Shown here piece by piece: positions 27,856 to 40,191 of a stretch of DNA of 64,000 nucleotides (the first letter of the stretch is position 1; every line of letters starts with the position of its first letter). Source of the stretch: Eledone cirrhosa (lineage: Eukaryota); contig OZ024743.1 of NCBI GenBank assembly GCA_964016885.1, forward strand, positions 339,698,001 to 339,762,000, written 5' to 3'. Below the pieces are notes generated by a model, which had not been told where the DNA came from, ran no database searches, and worked only from the letters and a program-made list of their open reading frames with translations. A program made the translations under genes and the position numbers.

Positions 27856-28636
27856 CTCTCAGCTGCTTTTGATATTTCAACAACGCTGCTACGCGGCAAA
27901 GATGTTTACCGATATGTTCGTTGATCGCAGAATGTTGTGGATTGGCAGTATCGGTAGAGCGTCGGACGCCATGCTTTGACGCATAGAGTTACGGCCCTTT
28001 GCCTTTCATCCTTACGGGGTCGATAAAATAAAGTACCAGTAATGCACTGGGTAATTGCTGGCCTTGTGCCAAAAGTAGAAACAATTATATAATTATATTA
28101 ATTATACACAACACTGGATAAAACTGAGATCCTTAAAGTTTCAGTAACGTGCCTTTCTGAGATCTACGCCCAAGACGGTTGCATAGTTACCCTAATGGGA
28201 GCGCCAGCCTTGTATATACGCACAACATATACACACATTGAGTTATCACCAAATGTCGCGTTCTGAGATCAAATCTCGCCGAGGTTAACTTTACCTTTTA
28301 TCCTTACGGGGTCGATAAAATAAAGTACCAGTAATGCACTAGGGTAATTGCTGGCCTTGTGCCAAAAGTAGAAACAATTATCATAAAATATATAATGTAA
28401 AAAAAAACGGCATTTGTTTGCTTGCTTGAAGACAACCGAATTTACAACTATAAAATTTCTTCTGTGAAGAATAAAGGTAAAAGAGAAAAAGGGGATCATT
28501 TGATTACAATCTCTACAGCTTCGTTTGAGAAAGAAAAAGCGTTGTTGGGTAAATTACAGGGCTGGCATGCTTTAGTCGTGAGATTATTTCTTGGTTATAA
28601 AAAGAGTGAGAGAAACGTAGGAGAGAGAGAGAGAGA

Positions 28637-28726
<90 letters not shown>

Positions 28727-28922
28727 CTTAAAATAAGCAATGAGAAAGGAATCAGGAATGTTTCCTTTTTATGAAATACGTATCAGGCAGTCACTACGTT
28801 TAAGGAAATTCCTCATTAGGAAGTGAACCTTTTCTCATATAACTATATACACGTACATATATATATATGTGTGTGTGCGTTTGCTTGCATGTGTGTGTGC
28901 ATAATGTATGTATAAATAGAAA

Positions 28923-29295
<373 letters not shown>

Positions 29296-29800
29296 CGCCT
29301 TGCTCAGTGGTTAGAGCGTCGGGGCTTACAAGCTTACAATGATGAGGTTGTGGGTTCAATTCTCGGACCAGGCTTTGCGTTATGTTCTTGAGCAAGACAC
29401 TTCATTTCACGTTGCGAAGTCACTGGTGCCAAGCTGTATCAACCTTTGCCTTTCCCTTGAACAACATCGGTGGAGAGGGGAGGGTGGTGTGCATGGGCGA
29501 CTGCTGGTCTTCCACAAACAACTTTTCACGGATTTGTGCCTCTGATGGCAACTTTCTAGGTGACCGAAAAGGGATTTTACCCTTTATAGATATATAGATA
29601 GATAGATAGATAGATAGAGAGATAAAATCCCGACTGCGATACCAAGCGGTTTCGGCTTGTGTGTTCACCAAGCCTTTTTCAAGAGTGTATCTCTATAACT
29701 ACTCTGCATCTCCCCATGCATTGAGTACTCTCATGATCAGCAGCCTCAGCACCGCTATATATATATGTGTGTGTGTGTGTGAGAGTCAGTGTGTGTCATA

Positions 29801-30470
29801 TTTGGTTGAGTCAAATAAATTACTAAGGAAAAGCGTTATTCATCAAAATGTATCCCATCATTCTATTGTCTGTTATCATTGTGCCACAAGCGCAATTCCA
29901 CGCTTATAACTTTTAGATGGTTTAAAGGCCATTTTCAACCTCATCCACATTGTTGAACCTCTGTCCGCGCAGGAAGTAAGCGGTAATCTTGGAAATGGTT
30001 ATAATCTGATAGTGCAAGGTCTGGACTGTAGGCTTCTAGCCTCTCAAGTTCCTTAAGTTTGCGCTTGTACACATTAAGCCTGGTTATTGGTCAGTTCATA
30101 AGGAACTCCTCGACAGCGTCTGTTCACAAGGTCGCGCTTATGGAGGTATTTGATTGATGTTGCTTTGTGAAAGACTAAGTTCTGCCGACAATGTACGAGT
30201 GCTTGTGCTTTGTTGTTGTTCAACCATTTTAGGCAAGTCCTGACCTTCCACAACAGAAGATATCTTTGATTTTGGTTTATCTACGACGCTGGTGTAACTT
30301 TCCTTGAAACGTCTGAACCAGTTTTCTGTCACACGTTCGTTGACCGTTCCTGGGCCTTCCCTGTCATTAATTCTTTTTCCCGCTGCCCTTGCACTCATAT
30401 ATAAGATGGCCGACTGAATACGCACGTGTTTTTTTTTTCTCCCCAATTTTTTTCTCATTTTACCCGTTCC
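29801..30470 (-). mobile_element. Internally deleted mariner transposon remnant
   Basis: HTH region RINDREGPGTVNERVTENWFRRFK, VPYEL-like and AYSPDLALSDY motifs. TIR-like TTTGGTTGAGTCAAATAAATTA follows a TA. Confidence 0.8.
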
Positions 30471-30515
30471 TTCCTCTCATCACTCTTTACTTTCCATTTA
30501 TCTTCTATTTCTAAC

Positions 30516-30551
30516 TCTTCTGATGAAGGACTAGTGTCCGAAACGTTAAGA
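30516..30551 (+). ncRNA. Minimal type I hammerhead ribozyme motif with intact core, sense in intron 1
   Basis: TCTT-CTGATGA-A-GGAC-TAGT-GTCC-GAAA-CG-TT-AAGA. AACGTT palindromic stem III, GUU triplet. Confidence 0.82.
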
Positions 30552-30649
30552 CTCTCCTCCTGCTATTTCAAGCGTTAAACTAACATATTTCTTCCATTTA
30601 CTGTGCCGTTTGTTTGGTTATATTTGTTATTACTTTTACATACATACAC

Positions 30650-30775
<126 letters not shown>

Positions 30776-31036
30776 ATAAGGAGTTGACGGACGCAGCATA
30801 TTTATCAATGCCAGGACCGGTTGTATCTCAGCATACTCAATCGGCAATGTAAGATACATTCCCAGAGTATACACATAGTTATTCGCTTCAATACAACACA
30901 CGTAAAACGGGTGCCTATATTAGTTCCCGGACTCGAATTTCGGCCACACAAAGCTGTAAAAGCTTTCTATCTTATATATATATATATAAGATAGAAAGCT
31001 TTTTCAGCTTTTGTTTACAAACAGCGGAGAATTTGA

Positions 31037-31070
<34 letters not shown>

Positions 31071-31077
<7 letters not shown>

Positions 31078-31358
31078 GAATTCCAACTTTGTCTGATTTA
31101 CTCGTTTTATTTACAATCCTATAAAATGTACAATGGTATTAGAATGAAATAGTATGGTAGAATATTAAATGTTAAGTGTTAATTGAACAAGTACTTTCAT
31201 GCTTTCGCAAACCTGAAGATTGCGAAAGCATGAAAGTACTTGTTCAATTAACACTTAACATTTAATATTCTACTATACTATTTCATTATAATATCATTAT
31301 AATTTTAAAGTATTGTAAATAAAACGAGTAAATCAGATAAAGTTGGAATTCCTTTTAT
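31071..31358. repeat. ~140-bp-arm inverted repeat with a hammerhead core as its spacer
   Basis: Arms 31071-31210 and 31220-31358 (about 8 differences, all distal), spacer ACCTGAAGA. Hammerhead motif at 31210-31244. Confidence 0.9.
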
Positions 31359-31629
31359 TAATATAATCTTCTATACACAATCATACACACCCGTGTATAT
31401 ATATATATGCACATGCCTGTAAGCCATATCGATTTGACACTAATTACTAAAATACTGAATGAACCATTTTGACTGGTTACATTTCCTATCTTACCTAGAT
31501 ATATTATCAGCTTTGCACTTAGCAGATTATATAGGACCCTAGTTCTTATAACAATCTAATAATTATTTTATCGTTCTCTACTTATAGAATCGTTTACTTA
31601 CCTATGTTTACTTTCTTTTATTTTTCTAG

Positions 31630-31833
31630 CCCAGAAGTACAAGCTATCTTTGATAAATACCAGAAGAATTTGGTACGACGACTGAACAAAGACGATGCCG
31701 TCAATCTGTTTTTGGAAGAATTCGGCTTGACAGATGAGCAAGCAGACAGCATGTTTGATATGTTCGATAGAGATAAAAACGGCGAGTTGAGTTTGTGGGA
31801 ATTCCATCAGTTCTATACTATGATTGGGAACCA
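31630..31833 (+). CDS. EF-hand calmodulin-like protein, exon 2 (EF1 degenerate, EF2 canonical)
   Basis: Pyrimidine tract plus TAG acceptor, GTAAGT donor. PEVQAIFDKY...MFDMFDRDKNGELSLWEF contains a canonical 12-residue loop. Confidence 0.92.
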
Positions 31834-33419
31834 GTAAGTAGATCGTTTTTATTTTGTTGAAATGTCGTTATTATTGTAGGTGGATTGGCAGTATCGGAAG
31901 AGCGTCGGACACTATGCTACGCAGCATAGAATTGTGTCTGTTAACATTCTGAGTTCAAATCCCGCCGAGGTTAGCTTTGCTTTTCCTCCTTACGAGGTCG
32001 ATAAAATAAAGTACCAGTAAGCACTGGGGTCGATTTGATAGACTTTCCTATTCCCTTCGAATTGCTGACCTTGTGCATAAGTAGAAACAATTACTGTGTT
32101 TCGTCTCGAGTAAGCTTGAAGCGAGCAAGAATATGATCAAAAGCGACCACTCTGACGTCGTTAGCTCGTTTGTTAAAATCTGTATTAAATATGTCAAGCA
32201 TAAAAGGTGTTCGACAAGGAGGAGGAAGGGTAAAATAAAAACTAAATAAAGTGGGTGGAGACAGAATTGTCATACGCTGTTACTGACCCACATCTACTAT
32301 TCATGAGATGTCGATTTTTCGATCTTCCTCCCGATGCATGCAGTCTTCACCTAAAGTCTAAGTCTAAAGTATGTCTTAAGCCAGAAGGCTCGTTATGCCG
32401 TTGCTTAACCCGGTTTCGTGGCGTGAAGCGACTGAGAGTACAAGACTCCCCCCTGGACAGGACGCCAGTCCATCACAGGGTCAAATCCCCAGCTTTTGCT
32501 GATACTCATTTTCAGCTGAGTATACTGAAGCAACGTGAAATGTTGTGTTTTTCTCAAGAACACAACACGCAACCCAGCTCAGGAATCGAACCCTCGACAT
32601 TATGATCGTAAGTCCAACACGCTTACCACTAAGCCACACGCCTCCACTTTACCTATGTAGATTCTAGAATTCACATCAGTCGTTATTGTCGCTGTTTAAT
32701 TCCAGATCAGATCAGCCTTGATCTAGCAGATCGATAACCAACGGTATTCTAACTCTGGCTTTCCTGTCTAACTTTAAGAACATCACACCCTGGAATATAT
32801 TATCAAATTGTGACTCGAATGTGATTTGGCTTCTAGGCGGCGCTCCAGCATGGTCTTAGCTGCGGTAGCTAATACAAACCAATGTGTGTTGAGCAGCTGC
32901 GTAAAGGTTACCTAGTTTGCTCGATTTCTGTCAGTTACTCTGTTAGTTTGTTTGTTGTTGTTTCAGCAAAATTTGTCAGCTACCCTTGCTGAAAGTCATA
33001 TTTACGTACTCACCTATTATACCACCAACTCACTAAATCAACATTCGTTAGTTAACTTACCACAATGAAAACATTTACTTCGTATCTCTTCTCACTGAAG
33101 CGGGGGGATTCTCTAATTGTTTTTTCTTCTTTTGCTTCTATAATACAAATAGCGACATTTTCTTCTTATCAGAAGAGTATAATTTTTTTAAATGTGTGTG
33201 TGTGTGTGTGACAGTTATAAATCTTCAGGATTGCCAGATGAATTTCGTAAAACGTAGCACAGAATGTTTAAGAATTACTGGATTGTGTTAGTATGTAACC
33301 TCAAATGAAAATTTTGATACAAAATTATAAACGAGTTGTTTATAGGTCAGTTGTATTTTACTTATTTGATCATTAATAATATATTCAATGGGATTTTCGT
33401 GGGTGAATAATAATAATAA

Positions 33420-33710
33420 TATTATAATGTCATAACATTATTAATATTAGGTTTGTTTACAAGTAAACAGCCTCATAAAATACCATGTAGTAGATAACAA
33501 AGTTATCTTTTTGTTCCAGTGGTAGCTGAGAGAAAACAGTCGACAATTGACAATTGTTTCGAAGTGTCTTGCTCCTTGTTAAGATTGTGTATTCCGCTAG
33601 AACTGCTGAGAATACATAGTATTCTCAAATGTATACATCGGTTGATTAGCCTCATTTACATACCGAGCGTACCGAGCGATTTTACGGCTGCTTACCTTTA
33701 AAATAAAAAT
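33420..33710 (+). repeat. Unclassified interspersed repeat
   Basis: A diverged inverted copy lies at ~57395-57660. Confidence 0.6.
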
Positions 33711-34633
33711 TTTAAAGTAGCAAGCAACCGAATGTTTAAGGAGTTCGCTTTGCAATCATAAATCACTGGGTTCGATCGCACTGTGTGACATCTTGGGCAA
33801 GTATCATTTACCATAGCCCCGTGAGTGAAATGGATAAATGGAAACTGTTTGGAAATCTATCCGATGTAACGTACCTTAATTCATAGGGCTAGCTTTGTCA
33901 AACACTGTCGCGTTGACTCTCCTTGAGAAGTTTGTTAACGGTACACGTGTCTGTGGAATGTGCAGCCATTTACACGTGAATTTCATGAGTAGACTGTTCC
34001 TTTGGCCGAACAACTTGAACACTCGTCGTCGAGACCAATCTGACAAATTTGTAAATTCTTTTTCTAAATATTTGCCATCACCACAATAATTACAAATTGC
34101 TCTAAAAATAATACGTGTAAGAACAATTTGGTTATTTGTCTCTCAAAATGAATAGTATAATCACTAATATTTTTATTACTTCTTGTTGATAGTTATATTT
34201 AAGAGATTTTTTAGAATGCCAGCAGACAAGGGAAATGAAAAGGTCACCGTCACCTATTGTAGACGGCTTCTCGCCATTTTCCACATTCTTAAAGATAGAG
34301 CAATATAAAAAGAAAAATGTTTGTTTCATATGTTTGAGTCATATCTGCCAACATGCCTAATTATAACACAACTACTTCTAAATCATATTTCTAAACTACG
34401 GGTAGGTTTTATACAGATCTCTAAGATATCAGCCAGCGGGCAAATTATCTCAAATCACATCATGCCATCTTAGAAAAGAAGAACGTATTGGATAATGTCG
34501 TCCTGTGTGCGCTGTGCCTCGGGCATGAATGTGCTAATTGGCAAAGTACCTTAATTATTGGCCAGGTCGATCTGAGCTGATCTGGGGATAAACAACAACT
34601 TGCAGCCATGGTTATATATATATATATATATAT

Positions 34634-34820
34634 ATAGGAACGAGTAGGACCCCGACGGCTGAGCTCAAGCCGTTTCGACGGCTAATTCTGGATTAGCCGT
34701 CGAAATGGCTTGAGCTCAGCCGTCAGGGTCCTACTCGTTCCTATTACCCACTCTACTACCCTAAGTATTGAGTACTTTGGTGGGTTATGGTCCACCTGGT
34801 TCCTTACCACATTTCCTTCG

Positions 34821-34822
<2 letters not shown>
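34634..34822 (+). mobile_element. Fold-back hairpin element copy D in (TA)n
   Basis: Arms 34634-34744 plus the family tail. Confidence 0.9.
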
Positions 34823-34895
<73 letters not shown>

Positions 34896-34980
34896 TTAAA
34901 ATAAGAGATTAAAGTTTAAGCAAAGAATCGCTGCTTTCACCCTTAACGGGAATTCTGGTTTTTATTATTATTATTATTAT

Positions 34981-35035
<55 letters not shown>

Positions 35036-35147
35036 GCTCTAGAGGTGCATATGAAAGTATATATAATAGTTTTATGCATAACAATGTCTCTCCATGAAGG
35101 TTTTAAACTGTGAGTATGCCACAGCTATCTCAGTAGCCATGTGAGAA

Positions 35148-35192
35148 CACCAAACACTAGTGTTTCAGGATTTATATCCATCATCGGTGGCG
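35148..35192 (-). ncRNA. Minimal hammerhead ribozyme motif (U4C variant)
   Basis: Minus strand CGCCA-CCGATGA-T-GGAT/ATCC-T-GAAA-CACTAGTG-TT-TGGTG, with palindromic stem III. Confidence 0.75.
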
Positions 35193-36163
35193 TTTATTCA
35201 CTTGGTACTAATACAAGAATAAGCTATAGCTTATATACGTTTAGCGTATAAAATATCTGCTGGAGATGCTCATTTGTATATAGTACATGTTTCACTGGTT
35301 AGGATTAATTAGTAGGAGCTCTAATACAATGTGATTCATAATAGAAGTGAATATGAAATCACAAAACACAAAACCTTCTCATTACTCTGTTAGAGGAAGG
35401 AAATTGAAAGTGCCTTCTTCCAGTGTATTTCCTTCTGACAAGAAAAACATAGCCAGGGTAGAGCTACTCTGCCGCATCAATCTAACCATTCTCACCCATC
35501 TTTCATGAAACACACTGGAAAGCGACAACGCCCTCTCTATTCTCATCACCTACTTCAAGTATTACTTGAAGTAGGTGATGAGAGCTCTGTCAGAGGAAAT
35601 TTCCTGTCCTCAAAATCTTTAGATGTACCCAGTGTATAGCTTCTTTCCTCGTAGTCACCAGACAGAAAAAAAGACTTGTTAAATCGATCCGCCACTGTCC
35701 TTTAGAAGATAGCAGATCGATTTACACTGTAGACTTGGCTGGAAGCCGGATCTGTCCTACATATGTTAGCAGCTGATCGACATAAACCTAAAAGTCTTCA
35801 ATGCACGGGAATTTGGGCGATAGTATTGGTTTTGATTGTTGGCACTTTGCTATTCCAAAATGTCTAATTCAAAATCAACACCATAAAAAAAAGCAATTGA
35901 ATTTAGGTGAATAGAAAATTATAATTTCCCACACCATCACAGATAGAGACATGCCTGAAAGAAATGTGGGGGATTATAGGGTACATAGTGTTAAGGAAGA
36001 AATATGGGATTGTGGTAGCAGTTTGTCACAGCGAGCAGGAAGCTCATAAAGTCTCTACTATAACCTGCAATGCACAAGAATGTGATGATACCTTTCTAAT
36101 TAGGAGGTAGTACCGCGAAAGTAACGGTAAACAATGTACCACTCCATAGAGACTAAACCAGAG

Positions 36164-36202
<39 letters not shown>

Positions 36203-37584
36203 CAATTTACCTGTTATTATTTTGGAATTAGCACAATCGTTAGAGCATTGCTCAAAATACCTTGCAGTATTTCGTTACGGCCCTTTCAAATCTTGCTAAA
36301 GGATTCGATAAAATGTAGCATCTATCAGATACTGGAATCGGTTTTGTGCGAATTTTAGAAATCTAATTTTGTGAAACACTGGTAGTATGTTCAAAAATCT
36401 TCACATAAAATTTGTGTAGTGTGTGATGCAAATGAAGTTAAGAGTTATATACTGTGACTTTCCTTGAAAATGTTGACATTTTTATCGATAATGTTATCTA
36501 AGAGATGTATTTAGATATGTTGAATATTAAGGTATATCAGCCTCCTGAGTCATATCCACAGGCTTTGCGCAGCTAGTATCTCTCGGCATGCATTGTAGTT
36601 AATGACAGCTCTTTGATAATACTACCGACATTTTCTGTGTGATGATAATGTCGAGATAAACTGTAGACGATATGAGTTGTGTTTGGTTGATTGTTCTTAG
36701 AAGCACATTTGTAGTAACACCTCATCAGGAAATATATATATAAACGTTGTCGGTGTAGTAGTTGTAACAGCAGCACCAATAAAAGAAGGCGAAGAAGAAG
36801 CAGGACCTAAATAACCACATTCCCCATTATTAGTAGACATGTTAGTTATTTTATAGAAGCAAAAGAAGAAAGAAAGACTGTCTGCTTCCTAATATATACA
36901 AGAGCCAAACATTATTCTATGGCTTTTGAAAGATAGACAGATACAGTTGTAATTTGTTATCGAGTTATTTCTGTATACCTTTTTTCTATTTGGGCCTAAG
37001 ATTTCGAAACCTCTTTTTTTAACCGGGTAGTTCTATTTTAATGTTATTTCTCTGACAAACACCAAATTAATACTTCAGCAGTTTTTACAAACATAGTTGA
37101 ACCCACCAAACTTAATTTAAGAATATAAATAGAACGTTTGCTAACTTTAGTGAAAGAGCAATCAACAAAGTATGTGACCCTTGTATGCTGACTAGCTATT
37201 TAAAGTAGATGTAACTGTAGCGGTTGTCTCCCTTGTTTTGATTGGGATCTAGACGGGAAGTGGAACCCTTTCTGCAACTTCCGGTCAGAGCCCTATAAAA
37301 CTAACAACGTTAAGCTTCCTTCCTCTCTCTTTGCCTTTTCGGCACCAGGTCAAGAGTCTTCTCATTTGGCTCTGCCATTAATTTGGCCAACAGGCGCCTG
37401 GCTAAGGCCAGGCGCCCTCTGCCAGCCGCGTTTGCCTGGCAATCAAAACGGTAACTACTAACTTTGTTTCATTCTAACATCTATCTTTGACATGTCAAGT
37501 ATTCTATCTACCGTTAATTAAATATTATATACACAAACATTGTCTCGTTTTGTTACATTCATGCAACCAGTAATCCCGCTATAT

Positions 37585-37616
37585 TGGTAACCCTGACGTG
37601 ATACGAACACGCAGCC
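37585..37616 (+). other. Extended tRNA-Trp primer-binding site
   Basis: TGGTAACCCTGACGTGATACGAACACGCAGCC versus the reverse complement of a metazoan tRNA-Trp(CCA) 3' end, TGGTGACCCCGACGTGATTCGAACACGCAGCC (recalled). Confidence 0.85.
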
Positions 37617-37809
37617 GTTCATCGCTATAAGTGGTCACCCCCAAAAAAAGAAAAAAATAGCACATCTGGTTTTGTGAGTAACATTACGAATACACAGCAA
37701 ATTTAGCGACAAACTATGAAAATACTCAAGGACACGCACACACGCACATGTGGAATTCGCACAGACATACTTTTTCTCTCACGCATCAATTAACTGTCGC
37801 ATTTCACCA

Positions 37810-37990
37810 ATATATATATATATGTTTCTCGTTTCTTACAACGAACACTTTCAAAACAAAAAAAAACATTTCACGATATATATATATGTTTCTCGTTTCT
37901 TACAACGAACACTTTCAAAACAAAAAAAACATTTCACGATATATATATATGTTTCTCGTTTCTTACAACGAACTCTTTCAAAACACACAC
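37810..37990 (+). repeat. Three ~62-bp tandem repeats inside the LTR element
   Basis: Unit ATATATATATGTTTCTCGTTTCTTACAACGAACACTTTCAAAACAAAAAAAACATTTCACG. Confidence 0.9.
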
Positions 37991-40191
37991 AAAAAAAAAA
38001 AGAAATTTGATATTCTTTAAAAAACATTTCAACAGGAACATTTATTTTCGATGAACCATTGCCTTTTGTTCTTCGTTTTCTTCATCGTTCAAGTTTTTTT
38101 TTTTTTTTTTTTTTTTTCCAAAAGTTCACACCTATAATTATGCTGATTGAAGCCTTTCTTTTTCATCATTGTCACTTTCAAAATTGCACTATCATTTTCT
38201 CGCGCGTTAGAAATATTTTTTTTTCAACCTTGTATTGGCACGTGTAGGCAGCATAAATTCTCGATTCACTGAGATGTCTTTACTCACAGACAGCCGCACG
38301 CCATTTATCACCAGGGATTCTTCAGCCTTAAGCTATATTCTTCTATTTGCCGGTTTATAAATTTACAATGTAAATTTACCGTTGATAACCGCGCATTTAT
38401 TAGGAATGCTTATTTCTCTGGTCGCTGGCCTCTTGACCCTTCCAGGTCAACGCATTCTCAACATCGACCATCAACTTCGGCTGCTATTTCTAGCACTTTG
38501 CGCAACTCATTTTTTCTAAAAAAAAAAATTTTTTTACTGTGAATTTAAACACCGAAAACGCTCACTCAGCGAGACAACAGCAGCAGCAACAGCAATACAT
38601 CAATACAGCTTCACCAAAGCCAGAGAATTCATTTTTGCAGCACTCTTCCTGTGAGAAAATCCATTCGGAGGTTGGAAATTTCACGATATACCACAGAACA
38701 GAAACCACCTGCATTCATTCTCTGGAACACACTTTCTTTCCTGCTGTCATGTGATTACACACCTGTGAACTATATTTTGAGCTTTGAGCTCTTCTATTAC
38801 TTTTACTTTATTACATTGTGTCTTTGGGTGATGGATAGATGGATGTCCAGTCGTTCTCTGGCCAAGAGCGGTTGGTTACCTTGATATCTATCATTGATTT
38901 TTCCAGACATTCTTTTGTCGTAATTTCCATGCCTGTTACAACATTCTCGCCAACTTGCTACATATTTTCATTTCGATTTTTATACACTAAAATTCTGGCG
39001 GGAGGTTATGTAGCGGTTGTCTCCCTTGTTTTGATTGGGATCTAGACGGGAAGTGGAACCCTTTCTGCAACTTCCGGTCAGAGCCCTATAAAACTAACAA
39101 CGTTAAGCTTCCTTCCTCTCTCTTTGCCTTTTCGGCACCAGGTCAAGAGTCTTCTCATTTGGCTCTGCCATTAATTTGGCCAACAGGCGCCTGGCTAAGG
39201 CCAGGCGCCCTCTGCCAGCCGCGTTTGCCTGGCAATCAAAACGGTAACTACTAACTTTGTTTCATTCTAACATCTATCTTTGACATGTCAAGTATTCTAT
39301 CTACCGTTAATTAAATATTATATACACAAACATTGTCTCGTTTTGTTACATTCATGCAACCAGTAATCCCGCTATATAACTATTTAAAGCAGACATACTA
39401 TATATCTAAAACAGAATTATCGAAAAAGACGCCGAAAAAAAGTTGTATAACCTGTTCCCAAGTTATACAACTCTAAAAAACAATGCATCTAAGATTGTTT
39501 GATATTCAGACCTACCAACCCCTAAAAACCCAAACGGGGAGTACCATGAAAAAAAGTTCCCCAAAACGGGGAGAAATGAGGCAAAATTGGAAGATTTTAC
39601 ATGATGAAAGCTATACCCATTTTCACAAGAGAAGACATCTCCCACCCACCCTAAAGTGGGTGAGAGATCTGCCTATCGGGATGAGGAGAGTTGACAGGTT
39701 TGGATATAGGTAGAATTGGTACAACGCTGGCCAGTGTTACAGTGTTCAGTTATGTACCTTCATGTTCTGTGTCAAAATCCCGCTGGGGTCGATTATCATT
39801 CTTTCAGAGTCATGTACTGAGTTGATTAAGTCAACTACCCTACTTCTAAATCTGAGGCATTTCTAAAATTATAAGGGTGGTGGAATGGCCGAGTCGCTAA
39901 AGCGTCTGGCTCTTTACGTTCTGATTTTAAATCCCACCGAGATCACCTTCACCTTCATCCTTCCAGAGTCGATAAAATAAAGCACTGATCGAATGAGATC
40001 AATTTCCGCAGCTGAAATATACCGCTTAAACAGGGGTGTAGAGTTCGTCCATCCCTTCCTCTTTCCCTTTATTTTTGTTATTTGATATTTTTCTTCCTGT
40101 TTATTATGTGGAAATATCTATATATCTTACACGTTATATTTTATTATCTATTTCTAATTCTTGCTTTCCATCTTTTTGTTGTTGTTTTTAG

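Larger units (their letters stand above)
37216..39376 (+). mobile_element. Non-autonomous LTR retrotransposon (Gypsy-type signals), recent insertion in intron 2
   Basis: 368-bp LTRs 37216-37583 and 39009-39376, identical by eye. TGTAGCGG...CCGCTATA ends, TAAC TSD, tRNA-Trp PBS at 37585, purine tract GGCGGGAGG before the 3' LTR. No gag/pol ORF in the 1425-bp interior. Confidence 0.95.

Noticed and set aside
31604-31629. ATG start for the EF-hand ORF suggested by the ORF track (likewise the start at 40082)
   Set aside because: These N-terminal extensions are intronic pyrimidine tracts upstream of clear AG acceptors.
35600-36160. Possible LINE endonuclease remnant on the minus strand
   Set aside because: Only a YRP-like word and a GD pair are visible; too decayed to call.
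37810-37990. Repeat array after a leader, superficially CRISPR-like
   Set aside because: The units are contiguous with no unique spacers, there are no cas genes, and the context is eukaryotic.
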